Below are positions 50,652-64,000 of a stretch of DNA of 64,000 nucleotides, piece after piece. The notes beneath the pieces were generated by a model that worked only from the letters and a program-made list of their open reading frames with translations, was not told where the DNA came from and made no database searches. Both the position numbers and the translations under genes were made by a program. Source of the DNA: Octopus vulgaris (taxonomy: Eukaryota). Numbering within the stretch: the first letter of the stretch is position 1; every line of letters starts with the position of its first letter. Location: NCBI GenBank assembly GCA_951406725.2, contig OX597828.1, positions 27,776,001 to 27,840,000 of the forward strand, in the 5' to 3' direction.

Positions 50652-52686
50652 ATTTAGTATATAACTGAATCTAAAAGGCCATTCATTTTCTTCTGTGATT
50701 TCTGTAAAATTTGTTTAAATGAGTAACATGCAGAGCTATTTTAATTGATGTTACCAGTTGCCAGGGAAGATAATTGTCAAAGCAATAATATTTAGTATAA
50801 TATATTAGTATTTAGTATTTAGTATAATAATATTTAGAATAAGAGCGGAGAACACTAATTCCAGTTTGTTAATTTATGTTACTTAATCAAATACTACATC
50901 ATTTAACATATTTTCTGTTAATCTTTGTTAGAGAGTGTATAGAAACCTTATTACTTCCATTATCCAGCCTATACATCTTTAGATTTCTGTCACAAGTTAT
51001 TATTGGTAGGCACAAATTGCTTTATAAGCATTCTTGAGTCATTGGAAGTTTGTTTTTGTTTTTTTTCTTTTTTTTTTTTCTTTTCCTCTTGTCTGAAATG
51101 GAAAAAAAAACACAAAATTGTTTATTATTATATAATAAAACGGAGATAATATTAGATAATAACTTCAGTAAAATCCAATATTTTATACTTAGGATTATTT
51201 ATTATATTCCTATTAGTTATTATAATACTGCTGTTACAAATAACATAGCTGAGAGTAACCACCACTCTAAATAAACCATTATATAAATGGTAACCACACA
51301 AGCCATTGTGATATTAACAGTGCTAGTAGACACCAATTATAAATGAGCTTTCCTGTGACCTTCCTAGTACGTTGGATCCAACCCAATGAAATATGAGGAA
51401 ACTATGCCTTCCTCTTTCAATAATGATTGAGAGAGAAGTGGAGGGCAGAGAAAGAGAAGGAGAACTAAATATAAAAAGTAATCAATAGTACAGAATTATG
51501 TTCAACTCTGAAATGTGGCAGTGATCCAAGAGAAAGCTCATAACTATATAACATTGTCTAATTTATCTGGAATTGTTTGAAAATTGCAGTAAATACTGAT
51601 TAATGATAGCTTGTTCTAAAAGTCTTGGTTGCCTTTTCTGACTTTCTGACTTAGTCCCCTAACCAAGCCAGTTTTTCTCTTCTGTCATTGCAGAGTCTAT
51701 CTAACAGGTTCCATTATAGTAGGGATTGCAAACTTGCCTTTAAAATAGTGAAAGCCTTGGCCTGTTGCTGTATTTGTTTGGGCTTGGGTGGTGGTAGAGA
51801 AGCTTCCTTTATAGATAGCTATCCCAACAGCCTCACCAAATGGCTTGGTAAACAGGCAGTTTTGTTGCTCTCTACAATTGTCTACATGATAATCATCTTT
51901 TTATTGAGCTTATCTTTTCCGCTCAACTGTGATTAGCTGGTTAGATTTGATGTGTCTTCAAAGAATATCATTTGGCAGTTTTGTTTTAAATGTGATAGAG
52001 CTCTGGATGAAAATTACACTTAGCAAGCAATTTGGCACCCGCAATGAACATTACAAGAGATGGTTTGAATAAGAAAGAAACAGTTTTAAGTTGAATCAGA
52101 TAACATCAAAATAATTTAGTTTATTTGGCTTTTAGTTTAAATTTAATTTGTTCAAGAAAATTGTTTTGTGTTTCAAAGTCTTTACTTGACAGCATATTTC
52201 ATCAAACTGTGTTTAAGTGTTCCTAACTTAATTTTATAATGTACAAGCCTTTCTGGCTTTGCTTTTAATGAATAATATACGCAGCTCAGCAGTTGTATGT
52301 GGTGTGTAGTTTTTCAATGAGTGTAAATTTAGAGTTCACATACACTTATATATTTTCAGTGTGGTTATATTTTAAGCTAAATTTAAACATTGCATATTTT
52401 GGTAACAGCAACTATCACTTCATTATGAACTGGAAGTGAATATGTCTGTTGGAAAAAAGGTCCGTTCGGTTCCTGAGACTTTCTTCTATAATAGTTCTGT
52501 TATGGTGCTGTTTTTGGAAACATTTTATTGCATCATAACTATCAGGCTTTTAAATGTTCCAACTTTGCATTTACTTATTCTGGCATTCTCTGTTTAATTG
52601 AGACAAAAATTCATCTAAAATTGGTTCAATGCCACAACACAGCACATTTTTGCTGCAATACTTTTGTTTTTTTTTTTTGTTTTCTT

Positions 52687-53035
52687 TACTTGTTTCCAAT
52701 CATTGGACTGCAGCCATGCCAAGGCACCACTTTGAAAGATTTTAGTTGAACAGATCAACCTCAATACTTATCTTTTTAAACCTGGTACTTATTCTCTTGG
52801 TTTCTTTTGCTAAACAGCCAAGTTATGGGGAAGTAAACAAACACTGGTCGTCAACGAGACAGTGGGGGTGGGATAAAACACTCACACAGTTTCCATTCAT
52901 CAAATTCACTCCCCACGCATTGTTCAGCCCAAGGCTATAGTAGAAGATATTTGCCCTAGGTGCCATGTGGTGAGACTGAACACAAAACCATTGGGTTGCA
53001 AATCAAAGTTTCTAGCCACACAGCCATGCCTGCAC
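52687..53035 (-). mobile_element. Diverged CORE-type SINE
   Basis: Colinear motifs TACTTGTTTC...CCACACAGCCATGCCTGCAC. Confidence 0.8.
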
Positions 53036-53554
53036 TTATATATATATCTATATTTACTTATCTTCACAATACTGTATCTCAGTTTTAAATTTGAATTTCT
53101 GTTTCAAGAGACATTGTGTAGTTTGTACAAAGAAAAGCTAGTTGCAGTTGTAGACATGTAAAAATGTTAAAAATTGAAGCAGCCATCATCCATTTTACTA
53201 TTCAGTTCTAATTTTAGCCAACCAATTAATTGGGATTTTTTTTCTTTATTTTGATAGACAGTGAAATTTTTAATCTTTAATTGCTTCGTTACATTTTGTA
53301 ATGTACAAGAAAATAGAAATATTATGTTTCTTGTGTTCTTGCTTTTGTTCGCAAAAGCTTCGTATTTTCAATACGAAGTAGACACACCATGTCAGCAAAA
53401 CACCATATTTGGTTGTGTAATCATATCTTGAATCATATTTTTGCAGAAGTAAATAAAATGTTTTAATTCATTCTTGACACAAGAGTATCTAATACATCAT
53501 TTTGGTGGTGGTAGTAGGGGGAGGAACTGTCAGTTGAGGCAACCTAAGAACTGC

Positions 53555-53880
53555 TGTGGCTTTCGGTTCAGTTTGACTGTGCAGCCGCTTGAGCAAATAT
53601 ATTATTCTATGGCTCTGGGCCAACCAATGCCTTGTGAGTGAATTTGGTTGTAAGGAATTTTGTAGAAGACCATCGTGTGTGTGTGTGTGTCTTTGTGTTT
53701 CGCTCTCGACCACCTGACACCCAGTGTTAGTTTGTTTACATCCTGTAACAGCAGTTCACCAAAAAAGGCATAGAATAAGTTAAGTACAAGACTTAAAAAT
53801 GTAAGTCCCAGGGTCAGTTTCTGAAATTAAAAGCATTTCAAGGAGTGGCTGCCATCCAATGACTGAAATAAGTAAAAGAT
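53555..53880 (+). mobile_element. Diverged CORE-type SINE
   Basis: CCTTGTGAGTGAATTTGG ... AATGACTGAAATAAGTAAAAG. Confidence 0.7.
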
Positions 53881-54101
53881 AAAGATATACTCTACATTTG
53901 GACGAATTCTGAATAAATATTTTTCTCATCCTGCTTCTTCTATACTCTATACTTCATTAAAACAATGACGTTGAATGTATGTATCTATATATCTATGTTA
54001 TGTGTGTGTGTATATATATATATATATATACATACATACATACATACATACATACATACACACACACATATCTTGACTATTGAGTAATGTAACATATTAT
54101 T

Positions 54102-54149
<48 letters not shown>

Positions 54150-54269
54150 GAGTATGTATGTGTGTGTCTATATGCAATTATTCTATTTTCTCTTTGAATT
54201 CAAACATACTTATACATGTTCACAGTTTTGAAGACAAACATTATTTCTAACATGTTACATATACCTGCC

Positions 54270-54375
54270 TTATGGTTAAGAAATTTGCTTGCCAGCCATG
54301 TGGCCTTGAGTTCAGTTCCACTGCACAGCACTTTGTGTGTCTTTTGCTCTGGCCCCAGGCACTGATAGAAGCCTG

Positions 54376-54435
<60 letters not shown>

Positions 54436-54668
54436 ATGTATGTATCTATGTATAAGTGTGTGTGTGTCTTTGCATTTATAATTGTCTCCCGTGACTGTTT
54501 GACAACCAGTATTGGTTTGTTTACATCCCTGTAACTCCACAGCTTGGCAAAACAGACCAACGGAATAGATACCAGGCTTACAAAATAACCCACTGTGGGA
54601 CCAATTCATTCAACTCAAAATTCTTCAAGGGCGTGCTCCAGCATGGCCACAGTCCAATGACTGGCAAC
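54270..54668 (+). mobile_element. Diverged CORE-type SINE with an expanded internal (TA)n
   Basis: GGTTAAGAAATTTGCTT ... CTCCAGCATGGCCACAGTCCAATGACTG. Confidence 0.75.
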
Positions 54669-56094
54669 AGTATATTTACCAAGGGTACCACGCAGTGAGA
54701 CCGAACCTGAAATCATGTGGAACTGTACTTTATGACATGACAATCAATTCTGCAACACCACATCATGTCTGTGATAATTCCACATCTTCATAAATAAAAC
54801 AGGAACTAAAAGACTCTCATTGCACTTTGCTAACTTAATAATTCTCTCAAAAGAAACCTGCATCCCATTTAAAATACTCTGGTATATTCACATATTGGTT
54901 TTTTTTATATATTTGCATATATTATCTCTGTGAGAGAGTAAAAGAGTCAGTGGTAAATGTATGATGGAATTATTTATTATTGTTTTTATTCTCTTTTTTT
55001 CTTTTCAGTAATGAGCAGGACTTATCTCATTTACGTCTCCTAATTACACTTTTAATGAGATGAAAATTACTTTTACATTTTTGCCATATTTTTCTTTTAT
55101 TCATTGCATTTTCCTTTTTTGTTCTTTTTTTTTCTATTTTGTGTTGCAAAGAAAATTAATTACACATAGAATTTATAAGTTGTTCTTTTATAATCTGAAT
55201 ACATTGATGTGCAATGAATGGATTTTAATAGTACTTGAATTTATAATTAGGAGCTGGCATAACTGTTTGATTAAAGAAGTTTTCTTCACAGCTACGTAGT
55301 TTCAGGTTCAGTTCTGTAGCACACATCACTGAGGAAGTGTCCTCTTCTATATTCCCAGCCAAAAGTGCTTTTCAGTGAATTTGATTGATGGATACTGTAG
55401 GAAGCCTATAATGTGCGTGTGTGTGCATCTTCCTTTTTGTCTTAACATTTGTGCATTCATTGTAAACAAATTCACCATTCATGCAAAATTTTGCCATTTG
55501 TTTGCAATCTTCTGCAAAAACATGTCTGGTCGTTGAGCTGTCTATTGGTCAGAAGAGAAAGATTATCTTTTTGGAATTGGGTGAGAGGGTTGGCGACGGG
55601 AGAAGCATCTGGCCTTAGGAAACCATTCAAGCATGGAAAAGTAGACCTCAAAAAGGTGACATAGCATGATGGTTGTAAATGAAAGTCACCCTCATACAAG
55701 CAATGCCTTTCATATACAATCTTCTGTGAAAACATTTCCAGCCAGAGAGAACTATTACCTTTCCTGAAAACAGGTGAGGCTTGATGACAGGAAGGGCATC
55801 TGGCTCTTTCAAAACATTACATCCCACCTATAAAGCATAGAAACACCGACATCAAAGTGATGATGACGACGACGACGACGATGATGATGATGATATATTC
55901 GTGGCTCAGTTTGCTCATATTATTTACTATTGCATGATGCAACGACTCATTCTCATTTGGCTCATAACTGGCCTTTCATCTACAGTATCATGTGGAAAAA
56001 TTGTAAGCTACTTCAACATTAAAGGACTATTTCTTTTTTTTTTTTTTTTTTCCTCTATGATAAACTCTTCAAATGTTCTTTTTATTTTAAATGT

Positions 56095-56152
56095 ACTTAT
56101 ATTTTTTCCTCTCTTTTTCAGGTGAGTGGAATCATTTTGTTTGACTGTAAGT
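56095..56152 (+). other. Candidate recursive splice site (AG|GT at 56121/56122) with a 25-nt cryptic exon (56122-56146)
   Basis: TTTTTTCCTCTCTTTTTCAG|GTGAGT GGAATCATTTTGTTTGACT|GTAAGT. Confidence 0.5.
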
Positions 56153-56775
56153 AACCTATCATCTATTTCTTTCAATGAATTAAAGAAAAGAAATCTGCCC
56201 AAAATTTCTGATGAAATGAAACATAATTACGCTTTGAAAATTTCACTTCTTTGAAAATATAGCATAAAGTATTTTGATAAAAATTCTCTAGAAAATTCCA
56301 CTGTATTATGGTAAATATTGTAATGATATCATTGAAGAAGAAGATGAAATGTTCTGATTATTTCTATTCGTTGCTCTTTGAGACCGAAATAGTGTACAAT
56401 AAATGGTGGATGCTGTAGGGTTAAATGGAATATATTGTTTATTTAAAATTTTGTGTATTTTCTAGTTTTGTTTTCTGTTTTGATTTTTTTCACTCCATCC
56501 TCTTTCATAGCTGTAGTTCTTGTTGACTATATTAGACTTGATTTGTTAATCAAAAGTTATATTTAAATTTTTAGAGACTGATGTAAACAATTTGCAAATT
56601 ATTCATTGAAAATTCAAAACAGATTAAATAGATTATGCAAACCTTTCTTCTTTTTTTTTTTTTATTCCATTTGAAATAATCACCATAATTGCCATTTTAT
56701 AGTAATCACCATTATTGCCATTTTTTAAGCAAGCATTAAATAAAATTTATTGTTATTATTTCTTTTTTGGGGGGC

Positions 56776-56807
<32 letters not shown>

Positions 56808-57318
56808 TTTAAAATTTGAATTAATTTTCCTAAACATTCAGTTAACAAAAGTTATTTTCATGGTTGAATATTTGAAGAATTGTTGTAAAATTTTAACCCT
56901 TGTTTCATGAAACCCATTCTTCCACAGGCGCTAGAGTCTGTGCTTGGAGAAAATCCATTTCTCCATCTGTCTCATTCACTTGGATTTTATTCTGAGAGTA
57001 AAAGTGTTAAAATTTGAAGACCCATCCCACTCCCCTAAAAAAAAGGAAAAGAAAGTAAAAGAAGACCAAAATTTGTACATATAACACTATAGTATTTAAT
57101 CCAGCCGTTTTAGGCCCAAATATCTTATGCGTTTTTATGTTCAAAGTGGTTTGATCTGACCTCTTACACAATGTCATTCTAAAAGTAAACAATCACCTCA
57201 TTATAATCTCAAAGCTATGAGATAATGCATGATTAATTTAAAGCAATGTTAGTAAATAAACATTACATTTGACAGAATAATCCAAATGCTGAACGGTTTA
57301 ACCAAACATAGCCTAGAT

Positions 57319-57537
57319 CAGGGATTTTCAACCAGGGTTCCGCGGAACCTTAGGGTTCTGCCAGTACAGTCAAGTGGTTCCACAAGAAGTTACAAAACTG
57401 CTAAAATCGGCAGTAATTTTTAATTCTCTTGTGCAGATATGTGTGCAAAAGACTATTAAATTATTGCACAGGGGTTCCTCGAGCCAGTGGAATGTTTCCT
57501 TGGGGTTCCGCTCCAGCAAAAAGTTTGAAAAGCACTG
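57319..57537. mobile_element. hAT-Charlie-like MITE with an 8-bp TSD
   Basis: GCCTAGAT|CAGGGATTTTCAA ... TTGAAAAGCACTG|GCCTAGAT. Confidence 0.9.
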
Positions 57538-57849
57538 GCCTAGATATTTGCAACAAAGTGTCAATCTATTCAACTAAGACCTTCCTAGGTAGTGCCCCAG
57601 CATGGTCACAGTCCAACAACTGAAGCAAATTAAATATAAAAGACAAGTACAATGTCACAAATTCTTCATTGAGTATAGCGACCCAGTAACTTTAGTGTTT
57701 GGTAACCAACACTGGAAAGAAAAAAAGCAAAGCTGACCTCTGCAGGGTTTGAACTCAAAATACAGAGGACTAAAGCAAATACACAAAGGCACTTTACCCA
57801 ATGCTTTAAGAATTCTGCTAATGTCCCATCCAGTTCTGATAATGATCCT

Positions 57850-58062
57850 TTCTACTATAGGCACGTGGCCTGTAATTTTGGAAGAAGTGGGGAGAGTTGA
57901 ATACATCAACCCTTGTGCTCAACTGGTCCTTACCTTACCAACCCCAAATGGATAAAGGGCAAAAATCGACCTCGGTGGAATTTGAACTCAGAATGTAAAG
58001 CTGGAGGAAATGCCATTTATCATTTTGTCTCGCATGCTAACAATTCTGCCACCTCACCACCT
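57850..58062 (-). mobile_element. Diverged tRNA-headed SINE related to 37016 (further decayed copies at ~32170, 58600-58990, 59770-60085, 60275-60435)
   Basis: AATCGACCTCGGTGGAATTTGAACTCAGAA and CATGCTAACAATTCTGCCA match the reverse complement of the SINE head. Confidence 0.7.
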
Positions 58063-58087
58063 ATATTCTTTTAATAATAATAATGAT

Positions 58088-58516
58088 GGAGTAAAGATTG
58101 TTTGCCAATATAACTTGGTAGTCCTGGTTTAGGACGAATGTTGCTGTAATTTAACCCCAGGAGACATTGTCTCCAGCTGGCTATATGACACGATCTGTGT
58201 CCTTATGTTTTTGAACAAGGGAATCTAGCAACCTCCACTCAACTCAAAACAATATCTGAGTATCATGATTTCTGGGTTATTTCCCTTCATAATTTCCCAG
58301 AATAATTGTTTGGCTAGAGGTGGCGCTGCCAAATTCCTGTTCGAAATATATATAGTTTTCAAAGTGACAACTAGACACTGATGTCTTCTGGGGCTAAATT
58401 ACAGCAATATTCATCCTAAACTAGGACTGCCATGTTATGTTGGCAAATAATCTTTACTACAAAGTACTGTTGCTGAACATCTCTCATTGTGAGATTTACA
58501 AACAGTAATTTTCTAA
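58088..58516. mobile_element. Unclassified element with long inverted repeats
   Basis: 58088-58170 is approximately the reverse complement of 58375-58458; a second copy lies at 40905-41174. Confidence 0.65.
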
Positions 58517-59018
58517 TAATAATAATAATAATAATCACCACCACCACCATCATCATCATATCCATTAACACCATCATGGTTAATAACTGTTGCTAAATTA
58601 GGCACAAAACCATGACTTTCAATGGAGTGTTGATGGCATTAACCCCTGTATTTGACTTTATTTTATTGACCCTAAAAAGATAAAAGGTTAAGTGACCCTT
58701 AGTGACATTTGAACTCAGAATGTAGATGGCTAAAATAAACACAGCAAGGTACTTTTACCAATGCTCTGAGGATTCTGTCAATTTAGCACAATTATAATTT
58801 CTAATATATAAGCACAAGGTTAGTCGATACCATCAACTCTTATCTGACTCCTGGGTTATTTTATCTGCCCTGGAGGGATGAAGATCAAATTTGACCTCAG
58901 CAGAATTTAAATGCAAATCATAATAAACCTCTGAAACAAACACTGCAAAGTATTTTGTCTGAAACTAACAATTCTTCCAATCCACTACCTTTTGATAATA
59001 ATAATCCCAGCAAAAAGG

Positions 59019-59765
59019 TAACAATACCTTACGTGGGTGAAGACCTTCTTTAGACTAGGGTGCTGGTATTTTGTCCTTTCCTTACCCACTGTTTTCACCG
59101 CTTGACATTTTTATAGTGAACCCATTTCTCTTCACCAGTCTCTATTCAGTCCAGAGAAAGGTTCATTTATGAGACATGACAGCAACGAAAAGCACACATT
59201 CACTCTCTGCATGCAATTAGACATGGAAAGTTTGTGAGGAACCCATAGACTCAATTTGCTGACTTTTCTGATGGCTTGCAGGTGTTAGTGAATGGTTGAA
59301 TGACCAAATCCAAGTTTCTATGCTAGTTCCTTAACAGTTATGATGGGATTTTGTTCCACCAGGACATCCGTGATGAGCTCTACAGATCTTTCAGGACAAG
59401 ACTCATCTGCTAGGCTGTAGTTTCCTGCTCAGAATTTCTGGAACCACCGTTGACACTGGTTTATGCTTATTGTCCGATCCCCATATACTGCATTAATATT
59501 CCTTTCACTTTCCATTGCATTGTTGCCTTTATTGAACTCATAAAGCAAAATATGTAGAATACATTCCTTTGTCACTTCCATTCCAGCTTTGTAAACATAA
59601 TTGTTAAAATCGAACTGCACTCATCAAAACTTGCACTAAGAATAAGGACAAGGTAAAATTATTACCTGCTTTTATATCAAGTTGATGCAGGTCATTTATC
59701 CCAGCCTCCTCCAACTTTTAGTTCATGCAATTGAGAAAAACCGTTTTATTTATGGGATGACCCAA
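59019..59765 (-). mobile_element. 5' half of a decayed mariner, same family as 27762-28505
   Basis: TIR TA|TTGGGTCATCCCATAAATAA on the minus strand; ATG at 59581, MEVTKECILHILLYEFNKG..VYGDRTI..CQRWFQKF; breaks off after EGLHPRKV. Confidence 0.9.
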
Positions 59766-60112
59766 TACTTAAGGCACAAGGCCTGAAATTTGGGGGAGAG
59801 GACTAGTTGATTGCATCAACCCCAGTGTTTCACTGGTACTTAATTTATCCACCTCAAAAAGATGAAAGGTAAAGACCTCGGCAGAATTTGAACTCAGAGA
59901 GTAATGACAGATAAAATGCCAGCAAGCATTTTGTTTGGCAATGCTAAAAGTTCTGCCAGTTCACCAAGTTTAGGGAGGGGGTTCACTACATTTAGGTTCA
60001 GTTGATTACATTGACCCCTAATGCTTGACTGGTACTTAATTTATTGACCCTGAAAGGATGAAAGGCAAAGTCAACCTCAGCAGACCATGAAACTGAGAGA
60101 AATGCACTCAGC

Positions 60113-60222
60113 TTTGTGTCCTGGATTCTACCAGCTCGTGTCCCAGATTCTGCAAGTTTGTGTCCCAAATTCTGGTAGCTTGTGTCCTGGATTCTGCCAG
60201 CTGGTCTCCTGCATTATGCCAG
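60113..60222. repeat. Degenerate minisatellite, about 5 x 22 bp
   Basis: Unit close to CTTGTGTCCTGGATTCTGCCAG. Confidence 0.8.
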
Positions 60223-62709
60223 CTTGCCACTTTAATGCCAATAATTATAATAATAATCATCTCTCGTAAAATTACATCAACTTTAGTACTTAATTGATAC
60301 TTATTTCATCAATCCCAAAAGGATGGAAGGCAAAGTCGACCACTACAGAATTTGAACTCAGAACGTAAAAACGGACTAAATGTCACTAAGCATGTTTTGC
60401 CCAGCATCCTAACAGTTCTGCCAGTTCACCGCCTCAATAACATCAATAACAATGATAATAATTATGATAATTTCAAAGAAACAGATCATTCCATTTTCTG
60501 TCTCCCAAATTTTGTTCCATCCCTGTATTCTAATAGTTATTGATATATATATGAACTGTCACTTTCAAACAACCAAAAATATTAAATTAAAGTTATAAAG
60601 TCTCAAGTAAACTTGCTTTTAGAATGATTGAATTGTTCTTCATTGTATTTTTTGTAGCATTTTTTTTTTAATTTGTTATTGTTTTTGTTGTTCTCCAGTC
60701 AAATCAGGGCAATTATAAAATAATTTGTTGCAATTAAATATTTTTCTTTGGCAAATAGGTTTCACTAGATTTTTTTATTTTATTTCTATTTTATTTTAGA
60801 AATGATGTAATTAGGTTTTCAGATGAACAACTTTAATTATTTTAAATTAATAAAAAAGAAATAGTGTCTGGAAAAGCAATACAAATTCTCTCTCTCTATC
60901 TTTCTCTCTCTATCTCTCTCTCTTTTTTGTCAGCATATATTTCAGTTGTATTTAGATAAATAACACTATATATAAATGTTCATAGAAATAAGAACCTCGA
61001 ATATTGTCTAAAAATGTTTAAATCTAAGAAATTATTGTTTCTATTTTCCATCTTGGTTGTTAATTATAATAAATAGAGGGTGATTAGTATTCATATCTAA
61101 TGATTAATAAGTAAATTGAAGTGTTTTTTTTATTTTTGTTTGGTATAAGTGTCATTTGTAAAACAGCACACACACATTCACACACACACACACACACATG
61201 CACACACATTCACAAACACACACACATTCACACACACATTCACACACACACACACACACATGCACGCACATACACATATGAAGTTTGTTTTGTGTAGCTT
61301 TGAAACCTAAAACTAACGATATTCTTTCTGTTAAGACGTGGTTACCATACTTTAACTCTGACTCACAAACAAAATATATGTTGTTGAATAAAATGACATT
61401 CTTGCTTCAATCAGGATTTGAAACCTATTTCGCTAGGGGTTTTTTTTTTTTCTCCCTCTGTTTCCTTCTTTTATATTTTAATATAACACCTCAATAACCA
61501 TTGTCAAAAAAAAAAATTAAACTCTGCCAAAGAAAAGATACATCTATATTGTAAGATGTAACTGATGGATGGATAATTTTGTAAAATGATAAATATACTG
61601 CTTTCATTCTTTCATGTTATTTAACTATTTTTTCCCTTTTTCTTCAATAAATTAAAGCAATATATGAATACAAATTAAAATTAAAAATTGCTCACTGAAA
61701 TTATGATTGCAATAAAAACTAATACAAGTAAAAGATTGAATAAATAGTTATATTTAAATGTGTGAAATGCAGAAATTAAAGAAAAACTTAAGAACAGGAG
61801 TAAAAAAAAAATGTGATCTATGGTGTGAATAAATAAAAATATTATCTAAATTTAAAAACAAATGAAAATTCAATAATGAATTTTTAAGGAACTGAAATTA
61901 TTTCATAAGGTTACAAAAGATGAAATTTTTTTTTTATGTTGACAGATTTAAATAGATTCAAAGGAAAGTGTGATAAGATTTGTCTTTGTGGAGGAAAGTA
62001 AAAAAAAAGATGTCACATATAAATAAAATTTGAAGGTCAAATTAAAAATTACAAAAGTTAATTTTTAAGAAACAGAAATTTTCTGAAAACAATCTCTAAA
62101 ATATAATTTTTTTTTAATTGAGTCTGAGCAACAACATAGAAATCTGCATTCTTTATGTAATTATTGTCTAAATACATATGAATAACTCTCTAGAAAAGAA
62201 ATACTCATTTTTCTCCAATAAAACAGATATAAGCACACAGATTAATATACCAACATATATATATATATACTAAATTAAACCATATATTTATTTTCTTTCT
62301 AATGTATTTTGAATACTTCTAAAAGTATTTCCAGTGTGTGTACGTCTGTTTATCTGTTTCTTGATCTTTGCAAATGCTTCTCATACACAATATCTTACAC
62401 ATTTCTGAAATATATATATATCTTAGTTTGATTGTAAAATTATTTTAACATTCAAATACAAGTGTTTATTTCTGACCAGTTTCAAACTTGATAGATTTTA
62501 AAAGACACAAAATTCAAGTAAAAGCCAAAAAATAAAGGTTCTTTATAACATTGCTTCGTAATGTAAATAGCTTTATGGTAATGAATCTCCAGTACAATTA
62601 TTTACCATCTTTGCAAACGGAATATAGATCGGCTTCACTCAAGGTTTCACTCGGGTACTACAGGAGCTAGCCAAAGCTGCAAGGCAAATGCTAATGAAAA
62701 TACAAAAAT

Positions 62710-63015
62710 AAGTGGACTTACAAGTTCTACGAATAATTTTCAATTTGCCATTACTTTGGCACAAATATATATAGAAGCAATGAAAAATAAAAATAAAGAA
62801 TGAGTAATTTGGAAGAATTTTAATGAAATTATCAAACATAGCTATATCAAACAGCATATGGCTTTATAGTATTGGACAGGAATTTGACAGAATTAGTGAC
62901 ATAAAAGATCAAAGCACCAGGAATCTATTAAAAAGCATCACATACTATAACAAATTAGACATTCAACATCTGTATTCTAAGAAGTAAAGGTAGCAAGGGA
63001 CTGCTAAGTATACAC
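62710..63015 (+). pseudogene. Decayed RT C-terminal region of an R4/Dong-like non-LTR element
   Basis: Ordered, frameshifted motifs TYKF, YSIG, DQSTRNLL, DIQHLY/LRSKGSKGLLSI, resembling YKYLG, YSFG, DRKTRKLL, DRLY.PR..GGRGL. Confidence 0.55.
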
Positions 63016-63279
63016 TAAACAAATTAGATAGGTAATTACTATTACTACACACTAAGCTCTCTCTAACTTGTATGAAAACCTGTTCCTTGTCACTGTGGAA
63101 TGGAAAAACACTAAATCAATCCTTAGAGGTACAGTGAAACGATTGCAAGAATTCCACTTGCATTGAACTCAGTTCTGAAGTTTAGGCAGTTCCTTAAAAA
63201 TAAATGATGTAGAAATAGGCACAGAAACATCTGTAGTAAAGGACCATGAAGGACTCTCTGTGCATAGAAGGTGATTTCC

Positions 63280-63520
63280 TTGTTATCATTGTCATCGTTA
63301 TTTGTCAGCAGCATTGTCATCATCTTCATTCTCACCATCATCTTCACCATTCTTATGCTTATCACCATTCTTGTCATCATTTCAGTTATCATCATTGTCA
63401 TCATCATCATCACCACCACAATCATCATCTTTATCACCATCATTATCTTCCTTGTTATCTTCGTCATCTTCTTGTCATCATCATCACTATCATTGTAATC
63501 ATCATCTTCAGTATCACCCT
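63280..63520. repeat. Degenerate (CAT)n low-complexity tract
   Basis: Direct inspection; similar tract at 21146-21260. Confidence 0.9.
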
Positions 63521-63750
63521 CCCTGGTTGAACTTGCTCGGATTTCCTTGGCTTGATCATGTCACTTATTATGATCCACACCTGGTATTGAGGTCAGTGGA
63601 GTAATATCCTATGGTCAGTAAAGGGCTTGTCAGTGAAGATTCTTTTTTACTGGGCTGCAAGGGATGTCATAGAAGTGAATGACTAAAGACGCCTTGCTTA
63701 GCTTTCTGACAATGCTCTACAAATTGCATGCATCTCTCTCTCTCTCTCTC

Positions 63751-63816
<66 letters not shown>

Positions 63817-63911
63817 GGCATCAGTGATTGCAAAAAGAGTCTCCTGTTTTGGCACAAACTGATTGATGGAAAGCATCATTGCAAGATTTTATTTTATGTT
63901 TACTCATAACT

Positions 63912-64000
63912 GCAGGTGTGGCTGTGTGGTAAGAAGTTTACTTCCCAATATCATGGTTGCAGGTTCAGTTCCACTGCATGTCACCTCAGGCAGGTGTCTT
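63912..64000 (+). mobile_element. 5' head of a CORE-type SINE, cut by the window edge
   Basis: GCAGGTGTGGCTGTGTGGTAAGAAG...GGTTCAGTTCCACTGC. Confidence 0.8.

Overview
AT-rich eukaryotic non-coding DNA, dense in (TA)n/(CA)n/(TAA)n/(CAT)n microsatellites. The repeat families look like those of octopus/cephalopod genomes (inference from recognising the SINE sequences, not verified). I see no intact protein-coding gene; almost all ORFs in the track are microsatellite or SINE artefacts. Content: about 20 copies of a CORE-type tRNA-derived SINE, a second tRNA-headed SINE (one young copy with a 15-bp TSD and a ~184-bp tandem array at 1-1077), a (GAT)n-tailed retroposon, four decayed mariner elements, piggyBac-, hAT- and Tigger-type MITEs, and remnants of R4/Dong, Penelope-like (GIY-YIG) and other LINEs. 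Most interesting signals: (1) short elements sitting in TA microsatellites that carry minimal type-I hammerhead ribozyme folds (26174-26256 +, 47943-47977 -, decayed relatives at 12373 and 17662), alongside fold-back elements and a Penelope endonuclease remnant; (2) a candidate recursive splice site with a 25-nt cryptic exon at 56121; (3) a mariner carrying TACTAAC...CAG|GTAAGC just upstream of its transposase; (4) a CpG-rich, promoter-like region with a possible ATG-GCT-GAG|GT first coding exon near 38.6 kb.
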